64,000 bases of DNA, taken from assembly GCA_034530875.2 (NCBI GenBank), contig JAVRCJ020000012.1, forward strand, positions 152,366 to 216,365. Direction: 5' to 3'. Every line of letters begins with the position of its first letter. The stretch's first letter is position 1. The notes beneath the pieces were generated by a model, which was not told where the DNA came from, did not search any database, and saw only the letters and a list, made by a program, of their open reading frames with translations. This DNA is from Nostoc sp. DedSLP01. Its GTDB lineage: Bacteria > Cyanobacteriota > Cyanobacteriia > Cyanobacteriales > Nostocaceae. Positions 43,178-53,545 of this stretch are shown piece after piece. The position numbers and the translations under genes are program-made.

Positions 43178-43867
43178 CTAAAGTTTTGCTGCTTCCTTGG
43201 CAATTCGGTTTTTGATAACTCGTGCAGGTATGCCAACAGCAATAGAGAAAGGAGGGATATCTTTATTAACAACTGCTCCTGCACCAATTACAGAGCCTTC
43301 ACCGATAGTAACGCCATCTAATACTGTGACTCCATGTCCTAGCCAACAGTTATCCTCGATCGCAATTCCTTTGCGACTCACACCTTGGTATTTCATCGGT
43401 TGCATTATATCGACAAAATTGTGGTTATTAGCATATATCCCTGAATGGGCAGCAATCATACAGTGTTTGCCAATTCTGATGTTTCCCGGCCCCTCAATAC
43501 ATACGTTAGGGCCAATGAAGGTATCTTCATCAATATGTATATACGTATCTTCTAAACACCCTATGTCAACGTAACGTTCGATCGCAACTCTATTTCCTAG
43601 ATGAATTCTATTATTTTTGTGTCCTTTAGCATCCAATCGCACACCTTTGAAAATATATACTCCACTGCCAATTTCAATACAAGAAGTACGGTGAAATTCA
43701 ACACCATTTTGAATATAAACTGAGCTGCCTATTTGCGCAAAAATACTACGATATACCAAATTACGCAACTTTGACCCTAAAAGAAGTGCCGGAATATCTC
43801 CTAAAACCGTAGTTACTAAAAGTTCTTGTAGCCGTTGGAATTTTGCAGAGTATTGCTCTTTATGCAT
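43178..43867 (-). CDS. Hexapeptide-repeat (left-handed beta-helix) acyltransferase
   Basis: IEDNCWLGHGVTVLDGVTIGEGSVIGAGAVV..GIPARVIK; ATG at 43867. Confidence 0.9.
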   Translation of the reverse strand: MHKEQYSAKFQRLQELLVTTVLGDIPALLLGSKLRNLVYRSIFAQIGSSVYIQNGVEFHRTSCIEIGSGVYIFKGVRLDAKGHKNNRIHLGNRVAIERYVDIGCLEDTYIHIDEDTFIGPNVCIEGPGNIRIGKHCMIAAHSGIYANNHNFVDIMQPMKYQGVSRKGIAIEDNCWLGHGVTVLDGVTIGEGSVIGAGAVVNKDIPPFSIAVGIPARVIKNRIAKEAAKL

Positions 43868-45383
43868 GGTTACATATCTCTTCAATCAATTTTCGTTGAC
43901 AGTTTTGAAGCTTTTTTTGGGGTGTATCCTAACCTTCTGTGCATACCATTTGTATTGGTATTTTTTAATACCTAATTTATGGGAATGGTTTTAATTAATA
44001 TTTCCCAAGATTTTTCAGATGGTTTTTCTCAAATCAAAAAACCACAGTCTGGATTTGACTATAACGAGCAATCATTGAATTTAGGCGTGTAGAATCGCCC
44101 AATTTATCTGCACAATTGCTTTTGTGACTATAAGCTTTTGTATCAGTCAACTTACATCAAAATTTTGCTTGTTGTGTACCAGACTGAATTAACAAAACAA
44201 TATCGGCACATTATACAGTCAAGCCTCAGACTATTAAATTATCTGATGGAAATATTTTACTGGTTAAGATTGGTTACTTTTTTAGTTATTGGGCAAATTT
44301 CAAAAGCTTGCGATGCATTTACGGATAGAGTTGTTTACCTGAATGTTACGTACTCTCAGGTAATTCTATTAGTGTTTTAAAACAACTCAGTCCCACAAGC
44401 TATTTGGCAACAAAAATACATTTAACTAGATTATCTAGCAAATTTATGTAATTATTGTTGGATTTTTATCGGTACTTATGCCCAAATAAAATCCAATTAT
44501 TTAAGGTGGATTATCTCCCACATCAGCCATCACATTGAAGTTAACCATCGGTGCAAACAAGTAAGCGCTTCCCCGACTGCTATGACGGCTTTCTTGCAAC
44601 GAATTTCTAGAGTATGCTGCTCCAATCATGTTGCACACGGATGATTTACAGACTAAGCAATTCACCTTTTTAATTCGATGAATAGCTTGGAATCACAATT
44701 GCTTTTAACGATAACACATTTTATTTTTAGTGGGTAATCTTAATTAAATAAGTTGTTTTTCAGGTTATTTACTGATGGAAATAATGGACATTAGCTATCT
44801 TTTTTACGGCAGCGATCGCTAATTAGTCAATCGAAAGTGGAGAGTAGGGAATAGGGGAAGTATTAGTTATTGCTTGCCGAGAATTTTATATTTATCCGAA
44901 TTAATTACATACAGCTATCGTATTGGCGTCAATAAATGACCGTTCGGTTATAAAATCCTATAAACTAACATATAAATAATCCTGCTAACAGTAAAAATAG
45001 ATGCAAATTATAGTCGTTAATTAAATAGCAATTGACTTGGGATCGCAGCCCAGTAAGTTTTTGTTGATATTTATACCATTCCTTAAATCTAAAAAAATTA
45101 TGAGTGTACGTTACATTCAGAATGATATCTACTATACTGAATAACACGCTCTTTTTGATAAAAGCAAAAAGCGAAAAATTATCTTCTTCCCTGTTACTTA
45201 TATCTCAAAATTTGTAAATCACCCATTCGGGTGAGCCAAGCGGGTGATGCGTGCTTGGTAGTCCTTGTTATAAATTTTATGCACAGCTAAGAAAGTATCT
45301 GAGTTTCGGGAAGAAGTCTACAAGGCAACGTGACAATGCCGAAATTAAGGTATTGGCTTTAACTCACACACTTGGTTAAAATT

Positions 45384-45707
45384 ATGGCTTTAATAAAAGA
45401 AATTGTAGAAAAAGCTCTAACTACTGGCTACTTGAGTATTGCAGCTGAAGACGAAGTGCGATCGCTAATTCAAAGTGATTATGATTCCGAAGATTTAGAC
45501 GCCTGGATTATATTACAGCGAGCAATTGTAGCAGGTGATGTGAAGCAAGAATCCCGCCGCAAAAAAGCTGCCCCTGCTCCTAAAAATAAGGATACTTCAT
45601 CGAGTATTAAACTTGCCTATCAAATGGCAGCAGAGATGGCTTACGCAGCAGCTCTAGCTCTGACAATGCCACAAAAAACTAAAGATCAACCTTCTTTAGG
45701 TGCATAA
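45384..45707 (+). CDS. Conserved cyanobacterial hypothetical protein
   Basis: IVEKALTTGYLSIAAE..LQRAIVAGDVKQES pattern; ATG at 45384. Confidence 0.75.
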   Translation: MALIKEIVEKALTTGYLSIAAEDEVRSLIQSDYDSEDLDAWIILQRAIVAGDVKQESRRKKAAPAPKNKDTSSSIKLAYQMAAEMAYAAALALTMPQKTKDQPSLGA

Positions 45708-46275
45708 AGCTAAAGTTCTTCTCTTGTCTTTTTGATACTATTAATCTTTGATACTAAGCGATCGCCATAGGCGTAGCCGGTCGTAGACATCCCTTTTTTA
45801 GTTAAGCTTTGCTAGAGTTCCCATCAGTCAAGATTTCCGGCTGGGCGAAACAGTATCGGGCGATCGCACAAACTTAAACTCACCTAGTATCATGTCTCTA
45901 CGCAGTAGAATTTTATTAAAAAATAATTAAAATTTTTCTTGTCTCCGGAATCCAAGCGATGGGTTTTCAGTGTTGGGCAAGATCTGAAAATCGATCCCCG
46001 GAAGGAATACTAAAATAAATCTAAATTATTCCAAGCTAAGTTATTTTAAATGATAAAAGCCAATAAATGACGAAACCTTGATATATCAAAGTATATAGCT
46101 GAAAGTAAGGCATAGAATAAAGAACAACTTGGTGCAAACTAACCACCAAGATTAAAAAAAGTTCTCAATCCTTAACAAAGTCATGGCTTTTTCACAAACT
46201 ACAGTATAAAGAATTGGCAACATTGGTAAAGAGAGTAAACAATAACCATAGCTAAACTTGGAGTTTTGCCAACCT

Positions 46276-48840
46276 ATGCAGCCAATTCGTACATTCAACG
46301 TCTCTCCTTCACTACCGCCGCGACTCGAACCGCTGCGGCGGCTGGCATATAACTTGCACTGGGATTGGAACGTTGAGACTAAAGATTTATTTCGTCGCTT
46401 AGATTCCGACCTTTGGGAGTCTAGCCATCATAATCCAGTGTTAATGCTGGGCACGATTTCTCAAACGCGGCTTTTGGAAGTTGTCGAAGATGAAGGCTTC
46501 CTAGCGCAAATGGATAGAGCTCATCGCCAGTTAGAAGATTATCTACAAGAGCGCACCTGGTATCAGAAACAACGCGAACATAAACCAAAAGAATGCTACG
46601 CCTATTTTTCAGCGGAATTTGGGCTTGTAGATTGTTTGCCGGTCTATTCTGGAGGTTTGGGCGTTCTGGCGGGAGATCACCTCAAATCTGCTAGCGATTT
46701 GGGGCTACCACTTGTAGGTGTAGGTTTACTTTACCAGCAAGGCTACTTTGCCCAGTATCTAAATGCTGATGGTTGGCAGCAAGAACGCTACCCCATCAAC
46801 GATTTCTACAATATGCCTTTGCACTTGGAACGCAATCCAGACGGTTCGGAACTGCGAATTGCGGTAGATTATCCAGGGCGCAAGGTGTACGCCAGAGTTT
46901 GGCGCGTACAAGTGGGAATGGTACCCTTGTATCTGCTAGATACCAACATTGAACCCAACAATCCTTACGACCACGACATCACAGACCAACTCTATGGTGG
47001 CGACATCGACATGCGCATCCACCAAGAAATCATGTTGGGGATTGGTGGCGTACAAATGCTCAACGCTTTGGGGTTAAACGTTACCGCCTACCACATGAAT
47101 GAAGGTCACGCCGCCTTCTCTGCCCTAGAACGCATCCGCTTGCTGATTCAGGAAGAGGGATTGAGTTATGTCGAAGCCAAACAAGTGGTAGCTTCTAGCA
47201 ACATTTTTACCACTCATACACCAGTACCAGCAGGGATTGACTTGTTCTCTCCCGATAAAGTTTTGTATTATCTCGGCTACTATGCAGAAATCTTTGGCTT
47301 GCCCAAAGAACAATTTTTAGGGCTGGGGCGCGAAAATACAGGCGATTTATCTGCGCCTTTTAGTATGGCAGTGTTGGCGCTGAAGATGGCAACATTTTCT
47401 AACGGTGTAGCGCAACTACACGGCGTAGTGTCGCGGCAAATGTTCCAAGGTTTGTGGAAGAAAGTGCCAGTGGAAGAAGTGCCCATCGCCGCTATTACCA
47501 ATGGCGTCCACGCTCGCAGTTGTGTTGCTAAATCAACTCAAGAGTTGTACGATCGCTATCTCGGGCCAAATTGGTCGTCAGCAGCACCAGATAGTCCGCT
47601 GTGGGAGAGGATGGAAGCCATACCCGATGAGGAATTGTGGCGCAACCACGAACGCTGCCGCTTAGACATGATATTGTACGTGCGGGATCATTTGGTCAAG
47701 CATTTTCGCGATCGCGGCGCTTCGGCATCAGAAATTATCCAAGCCCAAGAAGTTTTAGATCCTTACGCTTTTACCATCGGCTTTGCCCGTCGCTTTGCCA
47801 CCTACAAACGTGCAACCCTGTGGATGCGCGATGTAGAACGCATCAAGCAGATTTTATTAGCCAACAAAGACCGGAAAGTACAATTTGTAATTGCCGGGAA
47901 AGCGCATCCTAAAGATATCCCTGGAAAAGAACTCATTCGTGAAATCAATCACTTTATCCGCGAACAGCATTTAGAAAAACAAGTGGTGTTTGTTCCCAAT
48001 TACGACATTCACATTTCCCGGTTGATGGTTGCAGGTTGCGATATTTGGTTAAATACGCCGCGCCGTCCGCGGGAAGCGTCTGGTACCAGCGGCATGAAAG
48101 CCTCAATGAATGGGTTGCCGAATTTAAGCGTCCTAGATGGTTGGTGGGATGAAGCTGATTACGTCCGCACGGGTTGGGCAATTGGACATGGAGAAAATTA
48201 CGACGATCCCAGCTACCAAGATGAAGTAGAAGCCAACGCCCTCTACGATTTGTTAGAGAAGGAAGTTGTACCGCTATTTTATGAAAACCGCGATAGCGAC
48301 GGCTTACCGCGGCGCTGGGTGGCGAAAATGAAAGATGCAATTCGTTTGAATTGCCCATTCTTTAACACAGCGCGGATGGTAGGAGAATACGCACAAAGGG
48401 CTTATTTTCCAGCTAGCGATCGCTATCATACCCTGACCATTGATAACTATGCCCCAGCCAAAGAACTAGCCGCTTGGAAAGAAAAACTCAGCGACCACTG
48501 GTTCAACATCAGAATCAAAGATATTGATGTATCCACACCTGCGGATATTGAAGTTAACCAAAGTGTGGCTGTCAAAGCTAAGGTTGACTTGGCAACTTTG
48601 AATAATGATGACGTGCAGGTAGAGTTATATCAAGGTGCGATCGATGCCAATGGTGATATTGTCAACGCCATACCAGTGGTGATGGATTACCAAGGCGAAG
48701 ATCCCCAAGGATTGAGTACTTACACCGCTAATATCACCTATACCACCTCTGGTTTGCAAGGCTTGTCTTTGCGGGTATTGCCAAAACACCAATATCTGTC
48801 TAGTCCTTACGAACCAAGGTTGATTGCTTGGGCAGAATAA
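46276..48840 (+). CDS. glgP: Alpha-glucan (glycogen) phosphorylase
   Basis: YSGGLGVLAGDHLKS, HMNEGH, ARRFATYKRA and the PLP-lysine motif EASGTSGMKA. Confidence 0.97.
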   Translation: MQPIRTFNVSPSLPPRLEPLRRLAYNLHWDWNVETKDLFRRLDSDLWESSHHNPVLMLGTISQTRLLEVVEDEGFLAQMDRAHRQLEDYLQERTWYQKQREHKPKECYAYFSAEFGLVDCLPVYSGGLGVLAGDHLKSASDLGLPLVGVGLLYQQGYFAQYLNADGWQQERYPINDFYNMPLHLERNPDGSELRIAVDYPGRKVYARVWRVQVGMVPLYLLDTNIEPNNPYDHDITDQLYGGDIDMRIHQEIMLGIGGVQMLNALGLNVTAYHMNEGHAAFSALERIRLLIQEEGLSYVEAKQVVASSNIFTTHTPVPAGIDLFSPDKVLYYLGYYAEIFGLPKEQFLGLGRENTGDLSAPFSMAVLALKMATFSNGVAQLHGVVSRQMFQGLWKKVPVEEVPIAAITNGVHARSCVAKSTQELYDRYLGPNWSSAAPDSPLWERMEAIPDEELWRNHERCRLDMILYVRDHLVKHFRDRGASASEIIQAQEVLDPYAFTIGFARRFATYKRATLWMRDVERIKQILLANKDRKVQFVIAGKAHPKDIPGKELIREINHFIREQHLEKQVVFVPNYDIHISRLMVAGCDIWLNTPRRPREASGTSGMKASMNGLPNLSVLDGWWDEADYVRTGWAIGHGENYDDPSYQDEVEANALYDLLEKEVVPLFYENRDSDGLPRRWVAKMKDAIRLNCPFFNTARMVGEYAQRAYFPASDRYHTLTIDNYAPAKELAAWKEKLSDHWFNIRIKDIDVSTPADIEVNQSVAVKAKVDLATLNNDDVQVELYQGAIDANGDIVNAIPVVMDYQGEDPQGLSTYTANITYTTSGLQGLSLRVLPKHQYLSSPYEPRLIAWAE

Positions 48841-48974
48841 GACCAATTCGCAATTCGCAATGGGCTTGGCCCCGCTACTCTAAGACAATTAAGAAATTTA
48901 GATTGTATCTAGGTTTCAGGGTTTGAATCTGTTGCCGAATTTTAGAGGATTGGTATAAATAGTTTTTGAATACT

Positions 48975-49016
48975 AAAAAAAGGCGTTGCTGATTTCATTT
49001 AGCAACGCCTTTTTTT
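48975..49016. terminator. Bidirectional intrinsic terminator between convergent glgP and amidohydrolase
   Basis: AAAAAAAGGCGTTGCT-loop-AGCAACGCCTTTTTTT. Confidence 0.85.
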
Positions 49017-49170
49017 ACAAAAGCAGCGAGGCGTTCGGTGTCATACCGTTTCACTTTAAGGTTGATACATTTTGGCAAGCAGAGGAGCAGAGGGGAAAGA
49101 ATTTGTATCAGGATTTTAGTGAAATGGTATCAGAGCATGAAAAAGTGGGGCTGAAGTAGTAATGTCCTAG

Positions 49171-49340
49171 ATAAGTAGACGGACATAATTAAATGTAAAA
49201 TCCAAAGCAGCAAAACCTTTTACTGTTGAGGATTTTACCTCCTGCCTCCTGCCTCCTGCCTCCTACCTCCTGCCTCCTGCCTTCTGCCTTCTGCCTCCTG
49301 CCTTCTGCCTTCTGCCTCCTGCCTCCTGCCTCCTACTTAT
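49171..49340. mobile_element. MITE-like repeat copy A with (CCTCCTG)n array
   Basis: Ends ATAAGTAG...CTACTTAT are inverted; the first ~70 bp are shared with 50818-50890. Confidence 0.7.
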
Positions 49341-49349
49341 ATTTATGTT

Positions 49350-50750
49350 TCACAATCCCATAACTTGGCGATAATGTGCTTCAATTTGTGCCACAGTTTC
49401 AGACTGACGTTTTGTCTCCCATTGACTGCGGTTAAATAATTCTTGCCGTAATTCATCAACATTAATCGTTGTAAATTTACCATCAGCAATAATTTGCTTG
49501 CCATTCACCCAAGCACTATGAACAACATTATTAGGACGTCCCAAAACTAACAAACCAATGGGGTCTGTACGCGGTAACAATGATAAATTGGTTAGGTCAT
49601 AAAGTACTAAATCGGCTAACTTTCCAACAGCTAAAGAACCAAGTTTATCGTCAACATTTAAACCTTTTGCGCCGCCTAAAGATGCCATTTCTACTGATTG
49701 TCTTGATGTAATCCAATGTTGATAATCTATACCTGTAACGTTGTGTAATATAGAACCAATTTTGATGGCTTCTAACAAATCTTGGGAGTCATTACTAGAA
49801 GCACCATCGCAACCAAAGGTAACATTTACTCCAGCTTGGCGATATTTTAAAATCGGGGCAATGCCGCTGCCTAAGCGTAAATTACTCAAGGGATTATGGA
49901 CAACTGTAGATTGAGTTTCGGCAAGAATAGAGATATCAGTATCATTTAACCAAACACAATGGGCTAGAGAAGTTCTATTGCTTAAATAGCCGATTCTTTT
50001 TAAATGTTCTACGGCTGTACAACCGTACTTTTGTTGGGCGAGTTTTTCCTGTGCCCTGGTTTCTAGTAAATGAGAATGACGACAAAGATTGTAGCGATCG
50101 CTTAATTCAATACACCCTGCAAATAAAGCGTCCGTACACAATTGTATCCCCGTTGGTGCAACTAAAATATTCACACCTTCTTCTGGGCGATGAAATTGTC
50201 TTACTGCTTCTTCAATAATTTCCAATGTTGCCGCAGTTGAGCGAAAATAAGGTTCGTGATTTTGTATTGACTTTCCAGATGGAATACCTGCGGTGAGAGA
50301 TTCATCTTGAATTAAAGGTGCGATAAAAGCCCGAATTCCCACTTCTTTGTAAGCGCGAGTTGCAATGGCGATGGTTTCTAATTCCAGTCCGGGAATTAAT
50401 ACTAAGTGATCTACTACACTCGTGCCACCAGAAAGTAAAGTTTCTACCGCCGTTCCCAAAGCACTGAGGTAAACTTGTTCGGTATCTATGGGTGCAAAAT
50501 CATACAGTTCCGCCAACCATAATTCTAAAGGCAAAGCCGACATAATCCCGCGTTGCCACATCTCCGAAGAATGGGTGTGCGCGTTAAAAAAGCCAGGAAG
50601 CAACAGCTTATGTTCGCCATTTATCGCTGTACCGATTACCTGGAGATTATCGCCAATGGCAGCGATTTTCCCATCTACCACCTGTACATCTACGGTTGTG
50701 TAATCATCAGCGGTGGCAATTAAAACATTTTGAATAGTGAAAGTTAGCAT
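49350..50750 (-). CDS. Metal-dependent amidohydrolase (AtzA/MTA-SAH deaminase-like)
   Basis: [34 protein letters not shown] and GCDGASSN motifs. Confidence 0.92.
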   Translation of the reverse strand: MLTFTIQNVLIATADDYTTVDVQVVDGKIAAIGDNLQVIGTAINGEHKLLLPGFFNAHTHSSEMWQRGIMSALPLELWLAELYDFAPIDTEQVYLSALGTAVETLLSGGTSVVDHLVLIPGLELETIAIATRAYKEVGIRAFIAPLIQDESLTAGIPSGKSIQNHEPYFRSTAATLEIIEEAVRQFHRPEEGVNILVAPTGIQLCTDALFAGCIELSDRYNLCRHSHLLETRAQEKLAQQKYGCTAVEHLKRIGYLSNRTSLAHCVWLNDTDISILAETQSTVVHNPLSNLRLGSGIAPILKYRQAGVNVTFGCDGASSNDSQDLLEAIKIGSILHNVTGIDYQHWITSRQSVEMASLGGAKGLNVDDKLGSLAVGKLADLVLYDLTNLSLLPRTDPIGLLVLGRPNNVVHSAWVNGKQIIADGKFTTINVDELRQELFNRSQWETKRQSETVAQIEAHYRQVMGL

Positions 50751-50817
50751 ATTGTAATTTAACCTTGATTAAGCGATCGCATTCTGGGCTGAATTTCAAG
50801 CTACAAAATTAGAAATG

Positions 50818-51033
50818 GTAAGTAAGCAGACATAATTAAATGTAAAATCCCAACCAGCAAAAACTTTTACTGTTGAGGTTTTACCTCCTGACTTGTAAGT
50901 GGGGAGTAGGGAGTAGGGAGTGGGGAAAGACCACTTTCATACTTGGTGGTGAAACTTGTTTCATCGGGACTGCCCTCAGCCCCCTACCCCCTGCCTCCTG
51001 CCTCCTGCCCCCTGCCTCCTGCCTTCTACTTAT
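50818..51033. mobile_element. MITE-like repeat copy B
   Basis: GTAAGTAAGCAGACATAATTAAATGTAAAATCC... matches copy A and ends CCTCCTGCCTTCTACTTAT. Confidence 0.65.
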
Positions 51034-51049
51034 TAGTTATTGCAATTTT

Positions 51050-51823
51050 ATGAATTTACCATTACGGACACTGGGAGTTGCACCAAATGCGTGGACAGTG
51101 AATGATGCCATTGCAGATATTACCCGTCCTCCAAAAACCCCACAACCCGTTATCTTAGCAACAGAAACAAAAACCCTGCGCGTAGACTTAGCAAAAGCTG
51201 CTATTCTCGTCATTGATATGCAAAACGACTTCTGTCACCCTGACGGTTGGTTAGCGCATATCGGCGTCGATGTCACCCCAGCGCGTCAGCCCATCGAACC
51301 TTTAAAGAACTTACTCCCAAAACTGCGTACCCTTGGTATTCCGGTAATTTGGATAAATTGGGGAAATCGTCCCGATTTACTCAACATTAGTGCAGCTTCT
51401 CTTCACGTCTACAACCCCACAGGCGACGGCGTAGGCTTGGGCGATCCTCTGCCCAAAAACGGTGCTAAAGTACTCATGGCGGGTAGTTGGGCGGCGGCAG
51501 TAGTAGACGAACTACAACCTTTACTCGAAGATATTCTTGTGGACAAGTACCGCATGAGTGGCTTTTGGGACACGCCCTTAGATAGTATCTTAAAGAACCT
51601 CGGAAAAACTACACTATTATTTGCAGGTGTCAACGCTGACCAATGCGTGCTAACTACATTATGCGATGCCAACTTTTTAGGATATGACTGCATATTAGTC
51701 AAAGATTGCACCGCCACAACATCACCTGAATATTGTTGGTTGGCGACATTGTACAACGTCAAACAATGCTTCGGTTTCGTCACAGATTCCCAAGAAATTT
51801 TAAAAGCCTCAAATGGGGAGTAG
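51050..51823 (+). CDS. Cysteine hydrolase (isochorismatase family; RutB/biuret-hydrolase-like)
   Basis: Asp-Lys-Cys triad in IDMQNDFC, DKYRMSGF and GVNADQCV; true start ATG 51050. Confidence 0.9.
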   Translation: MNLPLRTLGVAPNAWTVNDAIADITRPPKTPQPVILATETKTLRVDLAKAAILVIDMQNDFCHPDGWLAHIGVDVTPARQPIEPLKNLLPKLRTLGIPVIWINWGNRPDLLNISAASLHVYNPTGDGVGLGDPLPKNGAKVLMAGSWAAAVVDELQPLLEDILVDKYRMSGFWDTPLDSILKNLGKTTLLFAGVNADQCVLTTLCDANFLGYDCILVKDCTATTSPEYCWLATLYNVKQCFGFVTDSQEILKASNGE

Positions 51824-52049
51824 GGAGTGGGGAGTGGGGAGTATTTAGAGATTAGTAATTTTGTCAACTAAACAGACAACTACAACAATCCTAAATTGTT
51901 TATAAAAATCTCTCCTAATCTCTCTGCGCCTCTGCGATTCTGCGTGAGAAACCTCTATTCACACCCCAAAAAGAATTAACTCTAACAACTAAATATTCAA
52001 CACTCTCATCTATTCTCACAACCACCAACAACATCGAGGGGATAAATAA

Positions 52050-52505
52050 ATGCACGCTACTCGTTGTGTAATTCCTATTATCAAATCTCCCAAAGATTAC
52101 CAAGTATATCGCATCAGTCCCAACGACACAAATCGCCTAGCGATTATCTTCGATTCCACTAATGCCAATACTTCCTTAACTTGCTGCGTAGAAATCTTTG
52201 ATGTCGGCGGACAAACACCGCCAAATCGCCATCAGTGGGCAGTAGAAATGTTTTTTGTCCTCAAAGGCGAAGCAATAGCAATATGTGACGGTAAGAGGGT
52301 TAACATTAAAGCCGGAGATAGTTTATTAGTTCCTCCCACAGGCACGCATTTGATTAGAAATACAGGTAATACTCGCCTATATACTCTAACTGTAATGGTT
52401 CCTAATGAAGACTTTTCCGAATTAATTCGCAGTGGAACTCCTGTGGAATTAGATGCAGAAGATATGACAGTACTAGGGAGATTAGATGCTTTAATGCCTT
52501 GTTGA
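52050..52505 (+). CDS. Cupin domain protein
   Basis: TPPNRHQWAVEMFFVLKGE and GDSLLVPPTGTHLIRN cupin motifs. Confidence 0.9.
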   Translation: MHATRCVIPIIKSPKDYQVYRISPNDTNRLAIIFDSTNANTSLTCCVEIFDVGGQTPPNRHQWAVEMFFVLKGEAIAICDGKRVNIKAGDSLLVPPTGTHLIRNTGNTRLYTLTVMVPNEDFSELIRSGTPVELDAEDMTVLGRLDALMPC

Positions 52506-52531
52506 AGAAGAATACAGAATTTACATATCAA

Positions 52532-52597
52532 AGACGCGATAAATCGCCGTTTCTACAAGAATCAATCTTTTGTAGAGACGGCGATTTATCGCGTCTC
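52532..52597. repeat. REP-like long inverted repeat (GTAGAGACG family)
   Basis: AGACGCGATAAATCGCCGTTTCTACAA...TTGTAGAGACGGCGATTTATCGCGTCT; related palindromes near 16376, 19110, 22890, 24800 and 53110. Confidence 0.85.
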
Positions 52598-52703
52598 TTG
52601 CCTTAACCGAGTTTTTACCGAACTAATTTAGCCAAAACATGAAATTTCGAGAAAATTCTTCAAAAAATTGCTGGAAAATGCTGATTTTTTTTCATCAAAG
52701 TAC

Positions 52704-52782
52704 TTTACAAGTATAAAATTATACTCTATTATGAGAATAAGAAAGGCGATCGCAGACTCTTGGCCGAGGGCGATCGCCTTTC
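52704..52782 (+). promoter_or_regulatory. Sigma70-type promoter with palindromic spacer operator and 5' hairpin
   Basis: TTTACA(52704)-17 bp-TATTAT(52727); AGTATA-AAAT-TATACT in the spacer; 13-bp stem GAAAGGCGATCGC...GCGATCGCCTTTC. Confidence 0.7.
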
Positions 52783-52815
52783 CTTAAACCCCTATTCTCA
52801 GAGGTAATTAATATC

Positions 52816-53100
52816 ATGGCACAAGAAGAAGAGTTTCTACAAAATCAATCCCAACTGCAACAATACTTGGGTAGCGAAAACATAAATATACCAGCCTTAA
52901 ACCAATCAGCTCAAAATCCATTACCCAAAAGAGAACCGATTAAACATACATTAATGGGTTCTGCAAAAGCAGTTACCAGCACAATTCACTATCTGCAAGT
53001 CATTGGCTACGCTAACGTTGGCGACTGGAGTCCATTAGTACCAACTGGCAACGCTGACGAAGTGATGAGTATTTTAATCCGTCAGATTTTAATGCAATAG
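52816..53100 (+). CDS. Conserved small cyanobacterial hypothetical protein
   Basis: GAGGT RBS; REPIKHTLMGS..GYANVGDWSP..EVMSILIR pattern. Confidence 0.8.
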   Translation: MAQEEEFLQNQSQLQQYLGSENINIPALNQSAQNPLPKREPIKHTLMGSAKAVTSTIHYLQVIGYANVGDWSPLVPTGNADEVMSILIRQILMQ

Positions 53101-53197
53101 GTTCGCAATGTAGAGACGTAGCAGTGCTACGTCTCTACAACGATTTGGGGTAATGCAGAATTAATTTCAACTAGCAAAAAAAATTGTAGCGACTGTC

Positions 53198-53532
53198 AGA
53201 GGTTGTTTGAAAAGTATTTTGTTGTGATTTAAGACACTTTTAGATCCCCCTCCTAACCCCCCTTAAAAAGACTACCGCGTACACACAAGTCTGATTACCC
53301 CCCTTAATCCCCCCTTGGAAAGGGGGGAAACTGAGAAATCTAATTCCCTCCCCTTAGAAAGGGGAGGGTTAGGGTGGGGTAATTCGAGAACTGGTAGTAA
53401 TTCAATAACTTGTGTGTATACCGTAGCCTTAAAAAGGGGGCCAAAAAACTCTCAAAGTCCCCCTTTCTAAGGGGAATTTAGCGGGATCTAGAACTTTTTG
53501 CTGCCGACAAGAGGACTTTTCAAACATCCTCT
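53198..53532. mobile_element. MITE with ~18-bp TIRs, carrying a nested MITE
   Basis: AGAGGTTGTTTGAAAAGT ... ACTTTTCAAACATCCTCT (one mismatch). Confidence 0.8.
53272..53426. mobile_element. Inner MITE (CTACGGTGTACACACAAGT-type TIR) with CCTTAAAAAG target duplication
   Basis: CTACCGCGTACACACAAGT ... ACTTGTGTGTATACCGTAG; CCTTAAAAAG on both flanks. Confidence 0.82.
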
Positions 53533-53545
53533 CAGCCTTTCGGAG

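Noticed and set aside
44500..44666. Short minus-strand frame (MIGAAYSRNSLQ...) in the long intergenic region
   Set aside because: No recognisable family or convincing RBS; cannot be supported from sequence alone.
45944..45949. TCCGGA (DIF1-like) upstream of glgP
   Set aside because: A single hexamer with no TSS information; expected by chance.
50791..50804. NtcA-like site GAA-N8-TAC upstream of the amidohydrolase
   Set aside because: Mismatch in the conserved GTA half-site; likely by chance in AT-rich DNA.
50873..51049. ORF-track N-terminal extension of the cysteine hydrolase
   Set aside because: It is translated MITE/STRR sequence (PASCLL repeats); ATG 51050 is the plausible start.
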